Part shown: positions 1 through 12,719 of the stretch, one piece after another
Position numbering within the stretch: position 1 is the first letter of the stretch
Layout of the letters: the number at the start of each line of letters is the position of its first letter
DNA from: Podarcis filfolensis
Lineage: Eukaryota
Direction: 5' to 3' (one strand)
Length of the DNA stretch: 64,000 nucleotides
Assembly: GCA_964270895.1 (NCBI GenBank)
Contig: OZ185437.1
Translations under genes and position numbers: made by a program
Notes under the pieces: model-generated
Databases searched by the model: none
Told to the model about the DNA's origin: nothing
What the model saw: the letters and a program-made list of their open reading frames with translations, nothing else

Positions 1-18
1 ACAGCGCCACCCGCGTCC
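1..18 (-). mobile_element. Sauria SINE 5' end, cut by window edge
   Basis: acagcgccacccgcgtcc nearly matches the terminal sequence of the full SINE copy at 53360-53377. Confidence 0.7.
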
Positions 19-511
19 TGGTTCCAAATCTGAAACCATGCGGAAGGTTGGGAAGGTGATAACAACGATGTCTGTGCTTAGCACTTGCCCATCCTGGATT
101 ATAAAAAGGGCAGAGCTGATCTGGTTTACATGGGGTTTGAGTGTTGTGAAATCCTCCTTAAAGTTGTAGTTACATCTAGGCTTATGATAGCTGTGGTAAA
201 CCATTACAGGCATAATTTGTTTTATTGCGCTTAATTGCGTTTCTCAGGTATTGCTCCTTTGTGGAGTTGCAGGCAGCCAGACGACCCAGGGGAAGGAAGC
301 TCCCTGCTGCCCCTCTTCTGGCCATGGGAGTGGAGCTGGCTTGGGCTAGAGCCCCACAGCGACTGGAACCTGGCTTAATAGACAATGGGCTTAATAGTAC
401 ATTGTAATCATATACATGTGTATACAGCGCATATGGAAGGCTTATGGAAGGCATAGAGACAAAGGTCCAAGTGGGTGTGAGTTGCCTATAACTCACTTCC
501 ATAAAGCAGTA

Positions 512-769
512 CAGTGGTACCTCGGGTTACATACGCTTCAGGTTACATACGCTTCAGGTTACATACGCTTCAGGTTACAGACTCCGCTAACCCAGAAATA
601 GTGCCTTGGGTTAAGAACTTTGCTTCAGGATGAGAACAGAAATTGTGCGGCGGCGGCGCGGCAGCAGTGGGAGGCCCCATTAGCTAAAGTGGTGCTTCAG
701 GTTAAGAACAGTTTCAGGTTAAGAACGGACCTCCGGAACCAATTAAGTACTTAACCCGAGGTACCACTG
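512..769 (+). mobile_element. Tc1/mariner (Tigger/pogo-like) MITE
   Basis: 18-bp TIRs CAGTGGTACCTCGGGTTA / TAACCCGAGGTACCACTG, TA on the left flank, three internal 16-bp tandem units GGTTACATACGCTTCA; homologous copies at 9522 and 55149. Confidence 0.9.
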
Positions 770-2577
770 GTATACTCAACATGTAAGCCTGGTAGGCTTT
801 CATCTCAGTATAGACATGACATGAATACTTTATAGCAGAGAAACCCAACAGCAACAAAACCCCAGTACAGAACAGTTAGCCATTATAAAGCTCTGTTAAT
901 TCCAAAGGGATTGAAGCAGTGAACTATGCAGTGGCTTGTGGTCACCCAAAGCCACTCCTGTTATCATGTGTGCACAATTCTGCCTTGTACATATGGAGCA
1001 CACACTGCTCGGTCAAGAAGACTGATAAGCTCTTGCACGCACAGAGTTCTATGCATGCATTGAAGCTGCTGGAGAACAGCCAAAATGCAGATTTATGTAA
1101 AGGACACATGGTTACAAAACAGATTATGCTGATTATGCAGAAATAAACTTGACTAAATAGATTCAAATTGCAGACCAGAGAGGACAAATAAATGTACAAA
1201 TTCATTTACAAAAAGATAATGAACTGAATGACAGATGCCTTTACTAGAAGCATGCAATTTGTGTAGAAAACCACTGCAATATTTTGTCTTTTAAAACACC
1301 AGGACACTCAGATTTACAGCAGGCCTGCTTCTGTGTAGGAGTTTTAGCTATTTTGAATTATAATGAAATGCAGCCTTAATTATCATTAAATCTGAAGGCA
1401 AGAGGAAGCCTTCAAGGCCAATTAAGTTTAAAGTAAAGTACTCCACAAGGAAGTTGCTTAAGATCCCTGGTGCACCCGTTTATTTTTATATCATATTTGA
1501 AACAATCTTCTAAGCATAGAGAATTTAGATTTTGAAATTAATTTTTTTTTGTTGAAGCACACAAAAATTGCTCTGTTTGGGACTTTAGCAGTTAACAAAA
1601 TAGTAGCATAATTTTTACTTCTTTGCTGCCCTCTCAGCAGCTTTTCATTAGCACAGTTTACCTTACCAAATTGACTGAATACATTCTTTCATCTTTGGGG
1701 GGATTAGATTGAAGAAACTGCTCCATGATCTCCCTCTGAAATGTCTTATTGAAGATGTGAGAAAGATTTGGCTATGTGGCAATGTCATAAAACCAATGCA
1801 GAGTGAGGTCTGAAAGCCTTCATTGCACTTACTGAAGAAAGACGGAGGGGCACCAGCTGCCATTGCTAGTAAGATGGATAAGACACTTTGTTCCTGTTCA
1901 CAGCCCCAAACAACAACAATAACTGAATAATAACTTCTTAATAAATGAAATGGTGGCAGGTTTAAAACTCCCAAGTAGGTTTTTGAAGTCAGATATGTGG
2001 CTTCAGCACAGCCCTAGTATTAACCAAGGAGGTGTGGAATGGTTCAGCTTTGCTGGGATTTTGATGCCAGGTTAAAAATATACTTGTTCTCCTGGACATG
2101 TGTTGGAATTTAACTGAAGTTGCTCAATGTTCTTAAGATATTGTTGGGTTTTGTATAATGCATTATTTTGTATTATTTGGAAACAGCTGTGATTCTTCTG
2201 TAATCTCTCCCTCCCCCCAAGAATAATTTGCACTGTCATCTATTGCATTATTTCCCAAGATAAGTCAGATTAGTGCAGAAATTCCCATAATAACCAGTGA
2301 TGCTTATTGTGAAATTGCTATTGTGGGCACTTAAATGCTGCTACTGCCTTTAGTAGTAGCAAAGTAATACTACAATAATTCACTCACTGGAATGAGCCCA
2401 GAAGTTACTGATGGAAAAATAAGGTGAAAGCTCAGGTGTTACTTCCCATCAGTGGGTGACTAGAATGTTGGCTCTTAAGGACAGGTAGATGTAAAAAATG
2501 ATTGACTGCAAGATTAAGTCTCTCTGCAGGATGCTAAAAAGATATCATCTGTCCAATTTTAAAAGATCAGCTGTCAT

Positions 2578-3122
2578 GGTATTGTCGGCCAAGGGGTATT
2601 AAAGACGGATATAACTTTCTTTATGTATGCTACAACAGCAGCTAGAATACTCATTGCGAAGTACTGGAAGACGCAAGAGCTACCCACACTGGAAGAATGG
2701 CAGATGAAGGTGATAGACTACATGGGCTTGGCAGAAATGACGAGCAGAATCCGAAACCAGGGAAGAGAAGCAGCGCAAGAAGAATGGAAAAAATTCAAGG
2801 ACTATTTAAAGAAATATCACAAAGTTAACGAAAGTTAGAATGATGTTGGATTGGAAAGTAAATGGTTACTATTAGCAATGGTTAAGACAAGGAGAATAAG
2901 GAAGATTACTTTAAATCTAAATTAAAATAAGGGAAGATTTGCTGAGTAATTGATAAGAATTTGGAATACAGAAAAGGGAGGCATGAGGAAGTCGGGGAAG
3001 AAAGGTATAAGAAATTAGGATATGAAATGGTACATGTTTTTTGTTTTGTTTATGTCTTTGTATGTTTATGTATGTTATGTTTATATGGAAAAAATTCTTG
3101 AATAAAAATGTTATAAAAAAAA
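2578..3122 (+). mobile_element. 5'-truncated L1-clade LINE (ORF2 C-terminus, 3' UTR, poly-A)
   Basis: Open frame 2578-2838 (GIVGQGVLKTDITFFMYATTAARILIAKYWK...), AATAAA at 3101, A-tail, perfect 17-bp TSD AAAAGATCAGCTGTCAT (2561-2577 and 3123-3139) at a TTTT|AAAA site. Confidence 0.9.
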
Positions 3123-5008
3123 AAAAGATCAGCTGTCATAACCACACAAAGTCTTATCCCTTGATAAATTTGATGCTGTTGTTAGTGAAAGAAAGTGGAA
3201 TTTTAAGCAAAGAGGTCAACAAATGTTGTGAATACTGCCCTAATGTCATATAGTGCTTTTTTATTGTTTAACATATTCTCCTTTACAAATTAAGTAACTG
3301 ATTAAGTTGGGAAGGTAAAGGGATGATGTAGGAGATCTTAATTCCATTTTGAAACATTTGCAGTAAATTCCAGACTAATCAGTTTCATTCTACTTTTCTT
3401 ATTGGCATACTATGTTATAAAACTTTAATTAGAAAGTGCAAATCTACCTAATCATTTACCCATTTGCAGGCACTTCCAATTGATTCTGAATCCACAAGGG
3501 TTTGCCTGCAAAGTTTTTTTTTTTAACTTAAACTTCACTGCTGTTTTGGAAACCACAGCTTTCCTGTGCCCCTAGCAGCCCTTTGACTTCTAGGACCATC
3601 CAAGGTTTCATTTGGCAGGCCATGGACATGAGCATGCTTTGTAGTGGGTGCTTGCCAGTGGATCTGTGCCAACAGCTGTTACTTTGTTCATTTCAGCTTG
3701 AACAGGTATTACTGAGAAATAGCCAACATCCACACAGATAATGAGAGTCCCAAAATCCAGGTTTCATCACATGGGGGAAATAAATTGTTTCTCCCAAATC
3801 TCTCTTAGCATCATAGAAAGATGGGTGGATTGGTGCTTATACATGTATATTATCCAGCGCACAGCTGAAAAACGTAACTGCTTGTCTCTGGCAGGGTCCT
3901 TTTACAACTTGGTTGGTGCATATTTAGGATTGGAAACGTCTGCTGTTCTTGTTTTGTCCTTTATTTAAAGCCTGGTTTCTTACTGAAACGTTCAGAACAA
4001 GATAGTTATTACACTCTGTGAACTTAATTCAAGAAAGTATTGTGTTTTGTGAATAGTTTGAAAACATACACAAAAACATATGGCTAGAGAAGCATTTCTA
4101 CTTTCACAATGCATGCTTGCAAAGAGTTTGATGGATGGAAGTAGTGAACAAGGCAGATGGGAAACATGTGGGTGGACAGAGATGGGAATGGAATTTTGAT
4201 CACCACCTTTTGAGAGGGTGTGCAAATCTAGGCTGTTAAAGTAGATTTATCACAGTTGTGCCTCAGAAATCATGGTGTGTGTTGTGGGTGTGTTGGTGTC
4301 TGTGTGTGCCAATTGGAAGTTAGATATTGATGTGGTCTGTAAAGCTGTTCTGTAGCTTTTCTCCACATATATTATCATATAGTGGCTGAGCAATTTACAA
4401 CATAAATTTCGTACATCACCCATTTAGCCTGTTGTGATTAATTTCCTGCAGGGCCATGTCTTTGAACCTCAGGCAATCAATGAAGTACAGTAGTAGATGT
4501 TACCAGCAAAAAAGGAGCATTTGAAAGAGATATTTACAGCCATGTGTTTTATAAGAACAAATATGATATTTTGAATCGCAGGTATGGAATCTAAAGCCTA
4601 TGCCATTATGATGATAACAGATCTGTGTTTACACAAAGAAATCTGTGTTTACAACAATTATTTAGATTTGTTAGGTTATTCAGAAATGGCTTTATTCTAT
4701 TATGTCAGCACATTTTAATGCACTGAAACACTTGTCCTGGTTTTTCCTTGAATAAAAATACATTCATTTGGGGGCATTCCACTGCATCACTGGTCACAAC
4801 TACTATATCTTTCCATAATTATTTGATTTGTATTTGTTATTCTGTATTTTGCTTTATACTAAAAAGTCTCAAAGCAATTTACAAGTTATACAATAAAACA
4901 TACAAACACATTAGAACAATAAGCAATAAACAATAAAAATGCAGTAACAATTATAAAAGAAACACTAAACCTTCAGCTATAGCATCAATATAATTAAAGT
5001 CAGTTTAA

Positions 5009-5100
5009 TATAGTAGTTAGAGTACTTGACTAAAACCTGGATACGAGGGTGCAAATCCCCACTCAGCTCTGAATTTCACCAGGCGCGCTGAGTTGCACCA
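5009..5100 (+). mobile_element. Degenerate tRNA-derived SINE head
   Basis: A-box-like tagtagttagag and B-box-like ggtgcaaatccc; resembles the SINE head at 50661. Confidence 0.55.
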
Positions 5101-5775
5101 TGTTTGGACTTCTTGTGGTATTGACCTTGGAATGAAACCTGATCTATCAAACAGATTTTGGACCTGAATTGATTCCCTGTGTTTGACCCTGGTGTGTTTG
5201 GACTGCACACCACTGTATAGTTCCACTGGAGGACAAGTCAATGATACAATTGGGGGGGGGGGCTTACACTGCCAGAGTAAGCTCAAGAATGACCATGCAC
5301 TTGCATTTGGTTGTATTTGTCTAGAGTCTTTTCTTGCATTCTAGCTGTTTTCTAATCTGCTTCATCAGCCTCAGCTCCGGCTTTATCACAGATCTTTCCA
5401 GGCTGGTGAAGTGGAAGAGGGCATGGCAGGATGCATGTGTGTCAACCACCCAAGTCATCTCTGATTTCCTCAGATTGACCTAGACTTTGACAGTATCACT
5501 AGACTTGTCAGCTGGGAAATCCCCCAGAGCCCTTTGGAAGGCATCAGTCTCTGAGGGCAAGGTATTTTAATTGCTAGTTTGCAACTGGCAGGATGGAAAA
5601 TGCTAATATGAAGGCTTTCTTCCTAGAAAGCAGATGGCTACCTCTCATGTATGAATGAAGATACTATCGGCATCTGTAGCAGACAGTATGGAGGGGATGG
5701 CAGTAGACACTGATTTCCCATTGGCTGAGTTCCTGCCCCCATACCAGGAAGGAGAGGAGGAGGGGTGAGGTGGCA

Positions 5776-5855
5776 GGCAGGTCAGCACAGTGCAAATGCA
5801 CTAGCAGGAGCATCAGTTTAGCCCCACTGGTGCATTTGCACTGTGCTGACTTGCC
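5776..5855. repeat. Inverted repeat, core of a palindromic MITE-like element
   Basis: 29-bp arms 5776-5804 and 5827-5855 with 2 mismatches and a 22-nt loop; imperfect purine/pyrimidine pairing continues outward. Confidence 0.75.
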
Positions 5856-6398
5856 CACTGCCTTGCCTCTTCCCCTCTCCTTTCCGGTAAGCAGCAGCAA
5901 CTCAGGTGTCAGGAGATCAAGTGAGTGCTGTACACCACCACATTAACTGATGGGCATAGTTGAAAAGAGCCCTACTTTTCCAACATTCTCATAAGCAGAG
6001 CTTTATACTTGTAAAATTCTGTGCAATATTTAGGTAGCATCTTAATTTACACACAAGCCTCTTTCTTTTGATTTGGTTAGGCAATACGGTTCATTGTTCT
6101 TCCATGCCATCTTGGCTGCATTGTTGCTGAAATTCTGCCTTGGCGCAAAATTGTCAAACTGGGAGTAGGATAAATGACCTAGAGGAGGTGTGTTAGCAAA
6201 TGGGCAGAAATTGCAGGGAAGCAGATTTCAGCTAAAACATTGGAAGGATTTCAACGTCATGCTAAGATGATCATTCCATCAGGGCAAGTATTTTGGCTTG
6301 CCATATGGAGCATCTCCCTCTCCTCTGTCTGCACACTATTCTGTGGGTTCTACCAATCCATCCACCCCAAGCAAATTGTGGGGGGGTGGGGCTTATAG

Positions 6399-6501
6399 TA
6401 AGGTTACCAGATTTTTTTCAATGAATCCGGGGACACTTTTCAACTTCAATGGATTTTGTATGGGGACTGTCCCTGGGAAACGGGGACGTCTGGTAACCTT
6501 A
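6399..6501. mobile_element. 103-bp hAT MITE
   Basis: 13-bp perfect TIRs TAAGGTTACCAGA / TCTGGTAACCTTA; perfect 8-bp TSD GCTTATAG (6391-6398, 6502-6509). Confidence 0.9.
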
Positions 6502-6574
6502 GCTTATAGGGGGAGGAGAGAGGGAAACCCCATTGCATGAGTTGAAGTCCTCATGCAGGACTTTCATTGACAGA

Positions 6575-6795
6575 ACTGATTAACTGGCTTCCACTCTGGG
6601 AGAAACCTCTTAATAGTACAAGCTGTTTGACAAAGCAGCAGAGTGTCTTGGGAGGTAGTGAGCAATCCTCTGCTGAAGGTATTTAAGCAGAAGTTGCATG
6701 ACCATCTGTCAGGGATGCTGCAGTTGCAGCCTGCATTGCAGATATTGGACTCAACAGAGGAAACTAGGTGACTTCTAAGGTTCATTCTGTTTCAC
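6575..6795 (+). mobile_element. Old CR1 LINE 3' fragment
   Basis: Degenerate match to the remembered CR1 3' end (gaggtatttaagcagaag...gaccatctgtcagggatgct...ttggactc). Confidence 0.6.
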
Positions 6796-7120
6796 ACTTT
6801 GCTTTCTGACAACTGGGTTTCATAACAATGATCGTTGTCACCATTCCCAATTTCTCTTCCTCAGTTTCAACAGCACTTGGACATTAGGGGTGCCTTGCTG
6901 GATTGTAGGCTACACTTGTAGCACAGCACAACTAGTGGACCCTAGGTTAACCTGCCCCAAGCTGTAATTGACAACTCCAGAGGCAAGGGAGGGGTGTGAA
7001 TGAGCAACTTCTGCGACAATGGGAATCACAGCAAGGCTGCTTGAGACTGTGATTATCTACTCCTCTCAACTTATTCCCTTGTCAGAAAAATAGCTGGCAA
7101 TGGTAGTATAATAACAGACA

Positions 7121-7130
<10 letters not shown>

Positions 7131-7173
<43 letters not shown>
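7131..7173. repeat. Compound (CT)n(CA)n microsatellite
   Basis: Read directly from the sequence. Confidence 0.95.
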
Positions 7174-9330
7174 TTTTGTCCCTTTGTTTCTTTTTAGACT
7201 AGCAGAAAAATCAACATTGAGCTATTTGTTAAGAAAATATGAAACTTTTTCTATGTGAAACAATGCAGAATACCATTTGTCAGACAAATATCCCCCCAAA
7301 TCCTGTTACAGAATCACAATGTATAGTTTAACATCTGCCTTAAAATGCATTAAAAGCAAACAACTCAATGTCATTTTCAACTGACTTTATAGTATTGCCT
7401 GCTTGATTATAGCTTTCGCCAGGAGAGTAGAGCGTTTTGATATCATCCAACCCCCCAGAGACCCATTCAGACCAGCTGGTTTACTATATATTACATAATT
7501 ACCCGGCACCTGGAGCAATTTTGAATTCTTAAGAGGCACTGGGGGCCCACTTCTCAAAATATTTACAGCCTTTTATTCTTTTCAAAACAATCATTTACAT
7601 ATTAAAACATGCTATGTGCAGATTTGCTTTATTTTTATTTTCCTTTAAAAAAATTCCCTGATTGTTTTCAGTGGTTAACAGATTTTTTAAAAAAGGCAAA
7701 AGCAAAGAAATCTCTATATGCACTGAACAAAAAATTGTGTGCTTCAATAAAAAATGAACTATTAGACTACTTTATGAAAATATTATACTGTATGTAGAAT
7801 ATTTCTGCAGAGTCTGAAGCTACATCACAAGTCCTTCTTCCAATATCCAAAATATTTTCACATGAATTCAGATAGGGACCATATGCTGGTAGAGTAAGGT
7901 CCTACAGCTGCAACTGCGTTCCCTGATCCATGAGAGGATGAATTTTGAGCATAAACTAAAAACAAAAGGACAAGGAAGAAAGGAAGGAAGAAAATATTCT
8001 GGCAATCAGCTGTTCAGGAGTGGGAAACAAAGGACTTGATTCCCCTTCCCACACTAGACAGCTGCTTAATGAGAATTCTACCTTTTTCTTTTTCTTTTTA
8101 AAAGGTACTTCTCATGGAGCCTTGGATACTCCACCCACACTATGATAAGTCTCAGAGTCAATATATATTTGTTTAAAACATGCTTAGGTCAAAAGGGAAA
8201 TCCAAATGCAAAATACTGGTCAGCAATCATTTTATTTTATTTCTCTTGGGGTGATAATTTTTGTTCTTACACTGCAAATCTATCAAACAGGGATATGTCC
8301 TTAAAAGTGAAATTGCTGCCACTTGCCCTGAAGAACATCTACAAATATAGATCAATAATTGAACTCAAAATATATCCTTGTCAATGACTGACTAATCTGC
8401 CTGTCAGTTTATGTGTGATACACACACACACCTTCTCTAATATGTACCTTAGAGCATTGTATATTGTTGGGCACTCAATAAATGTTAAATAATGGTCACA
8501 GAAGCAGTATTATTGTATACATTACTGTATTGTGATATATTAGGTTCTTTCCTAACTAATGACAAAAATATGCTACATTTAAGTGCAGCAACTATTGACT
8601 TTCAGAAATTGGGTGGGGGAGTGAAGCAAGTGAAGTGATTATTCTTATAATAACTATATAGAGCCAGAAGGAAAGTAGTGAAAAGAGCATTAAAAAGCTA
8701 ATGTGAAGATTTGTAAAGAGAAATGAACCCACTCCGTAAAATAGATAATTGACAGCTGAAGATGGAGGACACTTCATATAGACTGCTCACTTTATGATTT
8801 TCCAGCACTAAAAATATTTTTCTATACCTTTCTGAGAGAACAGCTATTACCCTAGATTCAGACAAAGTATGCTGCCAGTGCAGATGTTCCACATGGTTTA
8901 ATCTCTTTCATCTTTCTTGGGGTCTCACCTTAGATAAATGATTCATAATTGTTAATTTAAAAATATTAATTGCTCTTCATCTGAGTAACACTACAGTAGT
9001 TCGCAAAATACAATAAGGTAAATACATATTAAAACTGCCATTTTGGTTGCCGCCAAGCTTCCTTTTAATTTTTTTTAAATTTTTGTCACAATTGGCCTAC
9101 CTTATGGCAGTTTTTCCATGGTAATGTCTTTGCCGAGGCCTGATGATCTGATGAAGAAGATGAGGCATGAAATCTCTGAATATAGTTCTAGAGGTTTGCT
9201 TTATCAAACCCTAGAAGTTTTCTATTCTGGCATGCGGTTGAATGGAGGCAAGAAGGAGGCAAGAAATATTTTCATTAGATTTTGTTATTGTTACATCTGA
9301 ACTGGCCCAAAATGGCAAGTGAGCAGATTT

Positions 9331-9446
9331 ATTAGCAACTCTATCTATGCGTCAAAATCAAGATTGCAACCCTTTTCCTCATTATTATTATTATTATTAT
9401 TAGGAAAAGGGTTGCAATCTTGATTTCGACACAAAGAGTTGGTAAT
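9331..9446. repeat. Inverted duplication flanking an (ATT)7 tract
   Basis: Inner 24 bp AATCAAGATTGCAACCCTTTTCCT / AGGAAAAGGGTTGCAATCTTGATT are perfectly complementary; outer arms are diverged. Confidence 0.85.
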
Positions 9447-10008
9447 CATAATAATGATTATTATTTGTACTCAGTCAAATAATTATTTGTGCCCCAGCCA
9501 CTCTAGAAGGCTTCCAGCATACAGTGGTACCTCGGGTTACAGACCCTTCAGGTTACAGACTCCACTAACCCAGAAATAGTACTTCAGATTAAGGATGAGA
9601 GCAAAATTGCACGATGACGGCGCGGTGGCAGCGGGAGGCCACCCTCAGGTTAAGTGGTCCCTCAGGTTAAGAACAGTTTCAGGTTAAGAACGGACCTCCA
9701 GAATGAATTATGTTCTTAACCCAAGGTACCACTGTATATAAAAACATAGCAAAACATTAAACCTTAAAAAGCTTCCCTATACAGGGCTGCCTTCAGATGT
9801 TTCTTAAATGTTATATAATTACTTATCTCCACAACATGGGAGGGTATTCCTACATGCCACTACCAAGAAGGCCTTCTGCCTGATTCCCTGTAGCTTCACT
9901 TCTCACAGTGTGAGAACTGTCAGCAGGCCCTCGGTGCTGGATCTCAGTGTCCGGGGTGAACGATGGGGGTGGAGACACTCCTTCAGGTATACAATGCCGA
10001 GGCCGTTT
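9443..10008 (-). mobile_element. L2-clade LINE 3' fragment interrupted by a MITE
   Basis: Homologous to 38650-38995; encodes PEGVSPPP / EGLL-type decayed L2 C-terminus; split at 9522-9734. Confidence 0.85.
9522..9734 (+). mobile_element. Tc1/mariner MITE nested in L2
   Basis: CAGTGGTACCTCGGGTTA...TAACCCAAGGTACCACTG with TA duplication on both sides; same family as 512-769. Confidence 0.9.
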
Positions 10009-10996
10009 CCTTTTCCTTACAAGATGGGAAAATATTCCTCCTTGGCTCATCTTATTGAGATATTATTTGATTATACATCTTTTGCATGTAAGAGATGTCA
10101 ACCTCTTTTCTAATAGTTATCTTTACGTTCTAAAATGTATCCTCATTGTAGAGAACAAGTCTGTATTGGTAAACCAACAGATCAACATGGTCTTGGGTGC
10201 AAATTATGGCTCAGCCATCCATTTAGACATGGTGTCATTAATGGGGAAGATTATTCCCCTAATGTTCCTGCAATGCGCTCCCCCCCCCCCTCGGAAGAAT
10301 CTATATATCTCTGGTTAATTAATTCATGGAGCGACCTTTTCTTTAAAATAAATAAATAAATAAAGTGCATGGGCCAAGGCATGCATACCAAAGCACATAC
10401 TCATTTCCTTCAAGAAAAGCAGGAAGAGTTGTTTTGTGCTTACAATATAGTGACATTAGGGTGTCCCAACCATAGAGGCAAACTAGACAACCACCTAGGG
10501 TGCCAAAATTCTAGGAGTACCGGCCTTACCTATGTAAATGTGTTGCAGAGAGCATTAGCTCCTATGCTTTTGGAAGAGGGTCACAGAGGCAGCTTTGCAA
10601 TTCACTAACTGGGTTGATGGTATCTTTTGCATTCCAAGGGATATGATCAGAACTTTCTGATATCCACCATCTGTGTCAGGAGTAATGAACCTGTAGCCCT
10701 TCACATGTTGTTGGACTCAAACTTTCATCTGTCTCAGTCAGCATGACAATTGATTTCTAGAGGTTGCCCTTCAATGACAACTAGAGGTTGTCTGTCCATC
10801 TATTTTACTGAGGCTCAAATACAGCTGTAAAGGAAGTATAAGAAAGCCAGATATTAAAAATGGGAAAACAAAACAAAACAGTGCCCTAGTGAAATGTCCA
10901 TCTCTTCATGTTGACAATGTCCAGGAGCTTTGAAACATGTTGTGACTCTTCCCATACAGACACAAAATTTGAAATCGGAAATGTGTCCATTTAAAT

Positions 10997-11295
10997 CAGG
11001 GATGGGAAACCTCAGCCCTGGGAGTAAAATGCAACTCTCTTGGCCTCTCCTAGGACACAACCCAGGCAACACACCTCATCTGCCCTGCTTTGTGCCTTCT
11101 TTTGAGTAGTTTTGCCTGGCAGAAATATGTCCTTGGACTCTGATAATACCTGGATGGCAGAAAGAGAGGGGTGGGAGAATGTAAACAAACTAGTTACTGT
11201 ACACATTTATTGATCCTTTGGCCCTGCCCACCACTGACATGTGTATTCATAAGGTTGCCCAGGAGGGAATGTGGCTGAAAAGCTTTCTCCACCCC
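10997..11295 (+). mobile_element. hAT-type non-autonomous element
   Basis: CAGGGATGGGAAAC start; ATTTAAAT on both flanks; internal homology to 14712-15067 and 59690-59940. Confidence 0.65.
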
Positions 11296-12481
11296 ATTTA
11301 AATCATAGAGTGTATATTTTAAGACTGATGTTTTGGAAGTTTTATAGAAGTATAATAACAATAATAGAAGCAGCTCACACACCAGAAGAAAAGTGACTCA
11401 TGTTTTTAATGGCAAATTAGACATTCATTATTTTATAAAAGCTCATGCACAAGGCAGAGTAGTTTGGAAATTAACTTTCACTTTATCATTTGAGCCACTG
11501 AAGATCACATTTAGTTCATCCCTGATAATAGCTTTTACTCTAAAACAAATGAAATGGTGACTCCCAAATTGAAATAGGCCATGCTTGCCTCCTCCAAGTC
11601 ATCCATTTGATGTCAACTCCCATTTATAGCATTGCCTGCACAAGCAGCAGCATTCCTGACCTGTAATAAATAATTTTGGGCTATCATCATTGTTTTATTA
11701 CAGTACTATCAGCTTTTATATTTATTCCCATCTATCAGCGAGTGTTCTGTTGTTGCTGCCAGGTATGTGGGCACATTATTACTTCCAACCATTGGTAGCT
11801 GGCTTTGAACCAGCCACTGTTGTTGCTAGCAGTATGGAGACTCGCTGCATTATGGTTTATTATTAATGTCTTGTCAATCATTTTCAGCTTTGGAAAAGTA
11901 CAAAAGAAGCCTATGCTGCTTATAAAGGAGCTTTAATCAGATCATTTTCCCTAGCCAACCAAAGGAATGTGAGAGAAAAGTTAAACAAGCTAGAAGAATT
12001 AGAGCGAGCAAATGCATTCTGAATACATTTAGATGAATTAGCAGAGAGCTGAAATTGAGATTGATTATTGTTACTGAACCAAATTATGTGGATCATGAGA
12101 ATTTGGCATGATGTGGTTTAAAATCACTGACTGAAATTTGGCTGGCCTTGTACACATGGAACAGCATTAGGGACTGACCCATATAATTTTTCTCTCCTGA
12201 ACCAGGAGCTTCCATATTGGAAGCACCCTTTGCACCGAAAGTCAAAGTGTTCCCTGCAAAAATGCACTAGTTTATACTTTCCAAGAACCTCAGCACATAG
12301 GCTACATCAGTGAAAGCAAGAATACATCTTTTTTGCATCACTCTAGATGTTCCTGGAGTGGGATGGAATGCTTCACCTTGTAACTTGGTTGTGACGCTGC
12401 ATATCCAACAGCATGGTGGAAGCCTGAATTAGACCTGACCCTGCAAGTGGATAGAGTAGGATAGCCATTTATGCATTGACA

Positions 12482-12543
<62 letters not shown>
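12482..12543. repeat. (GA)n microsatellite
   Basis: About 30 GA units. Confidence 0.95.
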
Positions 12544-12546
<3 letters not shown>

Positions 12547-12619
12547 GGATAAGATGTTTGCCTAAAATTGAATGTGCTGATTTACATGTGTAGATGCACA
12601 CTTAGAAATAATTTTAGTT

Positions 12620-12719
12620 CAGGGCTTGAGAACCTGTGACCCTCCAAGATGACTGGGGCTGGGAATTATGGGAGCTGTAACCCAAAAACATGTGGCAGCT
12701 CATAGATTCACCATCCCTG
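12620..12719. mobile_element. Old hAT MITE
   Basis: Degenerate TIRs cagggcttgagaacc / ttcaccatccctg; internal gggagctgtaacc motif shared with other short MITEs in the window. Confidence 0.5.

Noticed and set aside
4621-4653. Tandem ATCTGTGTTTACA x2 (two forkhead-like TGTTTAC sites)
   Set aside because: A simple 20-bp-period local duplication; no further support for function.
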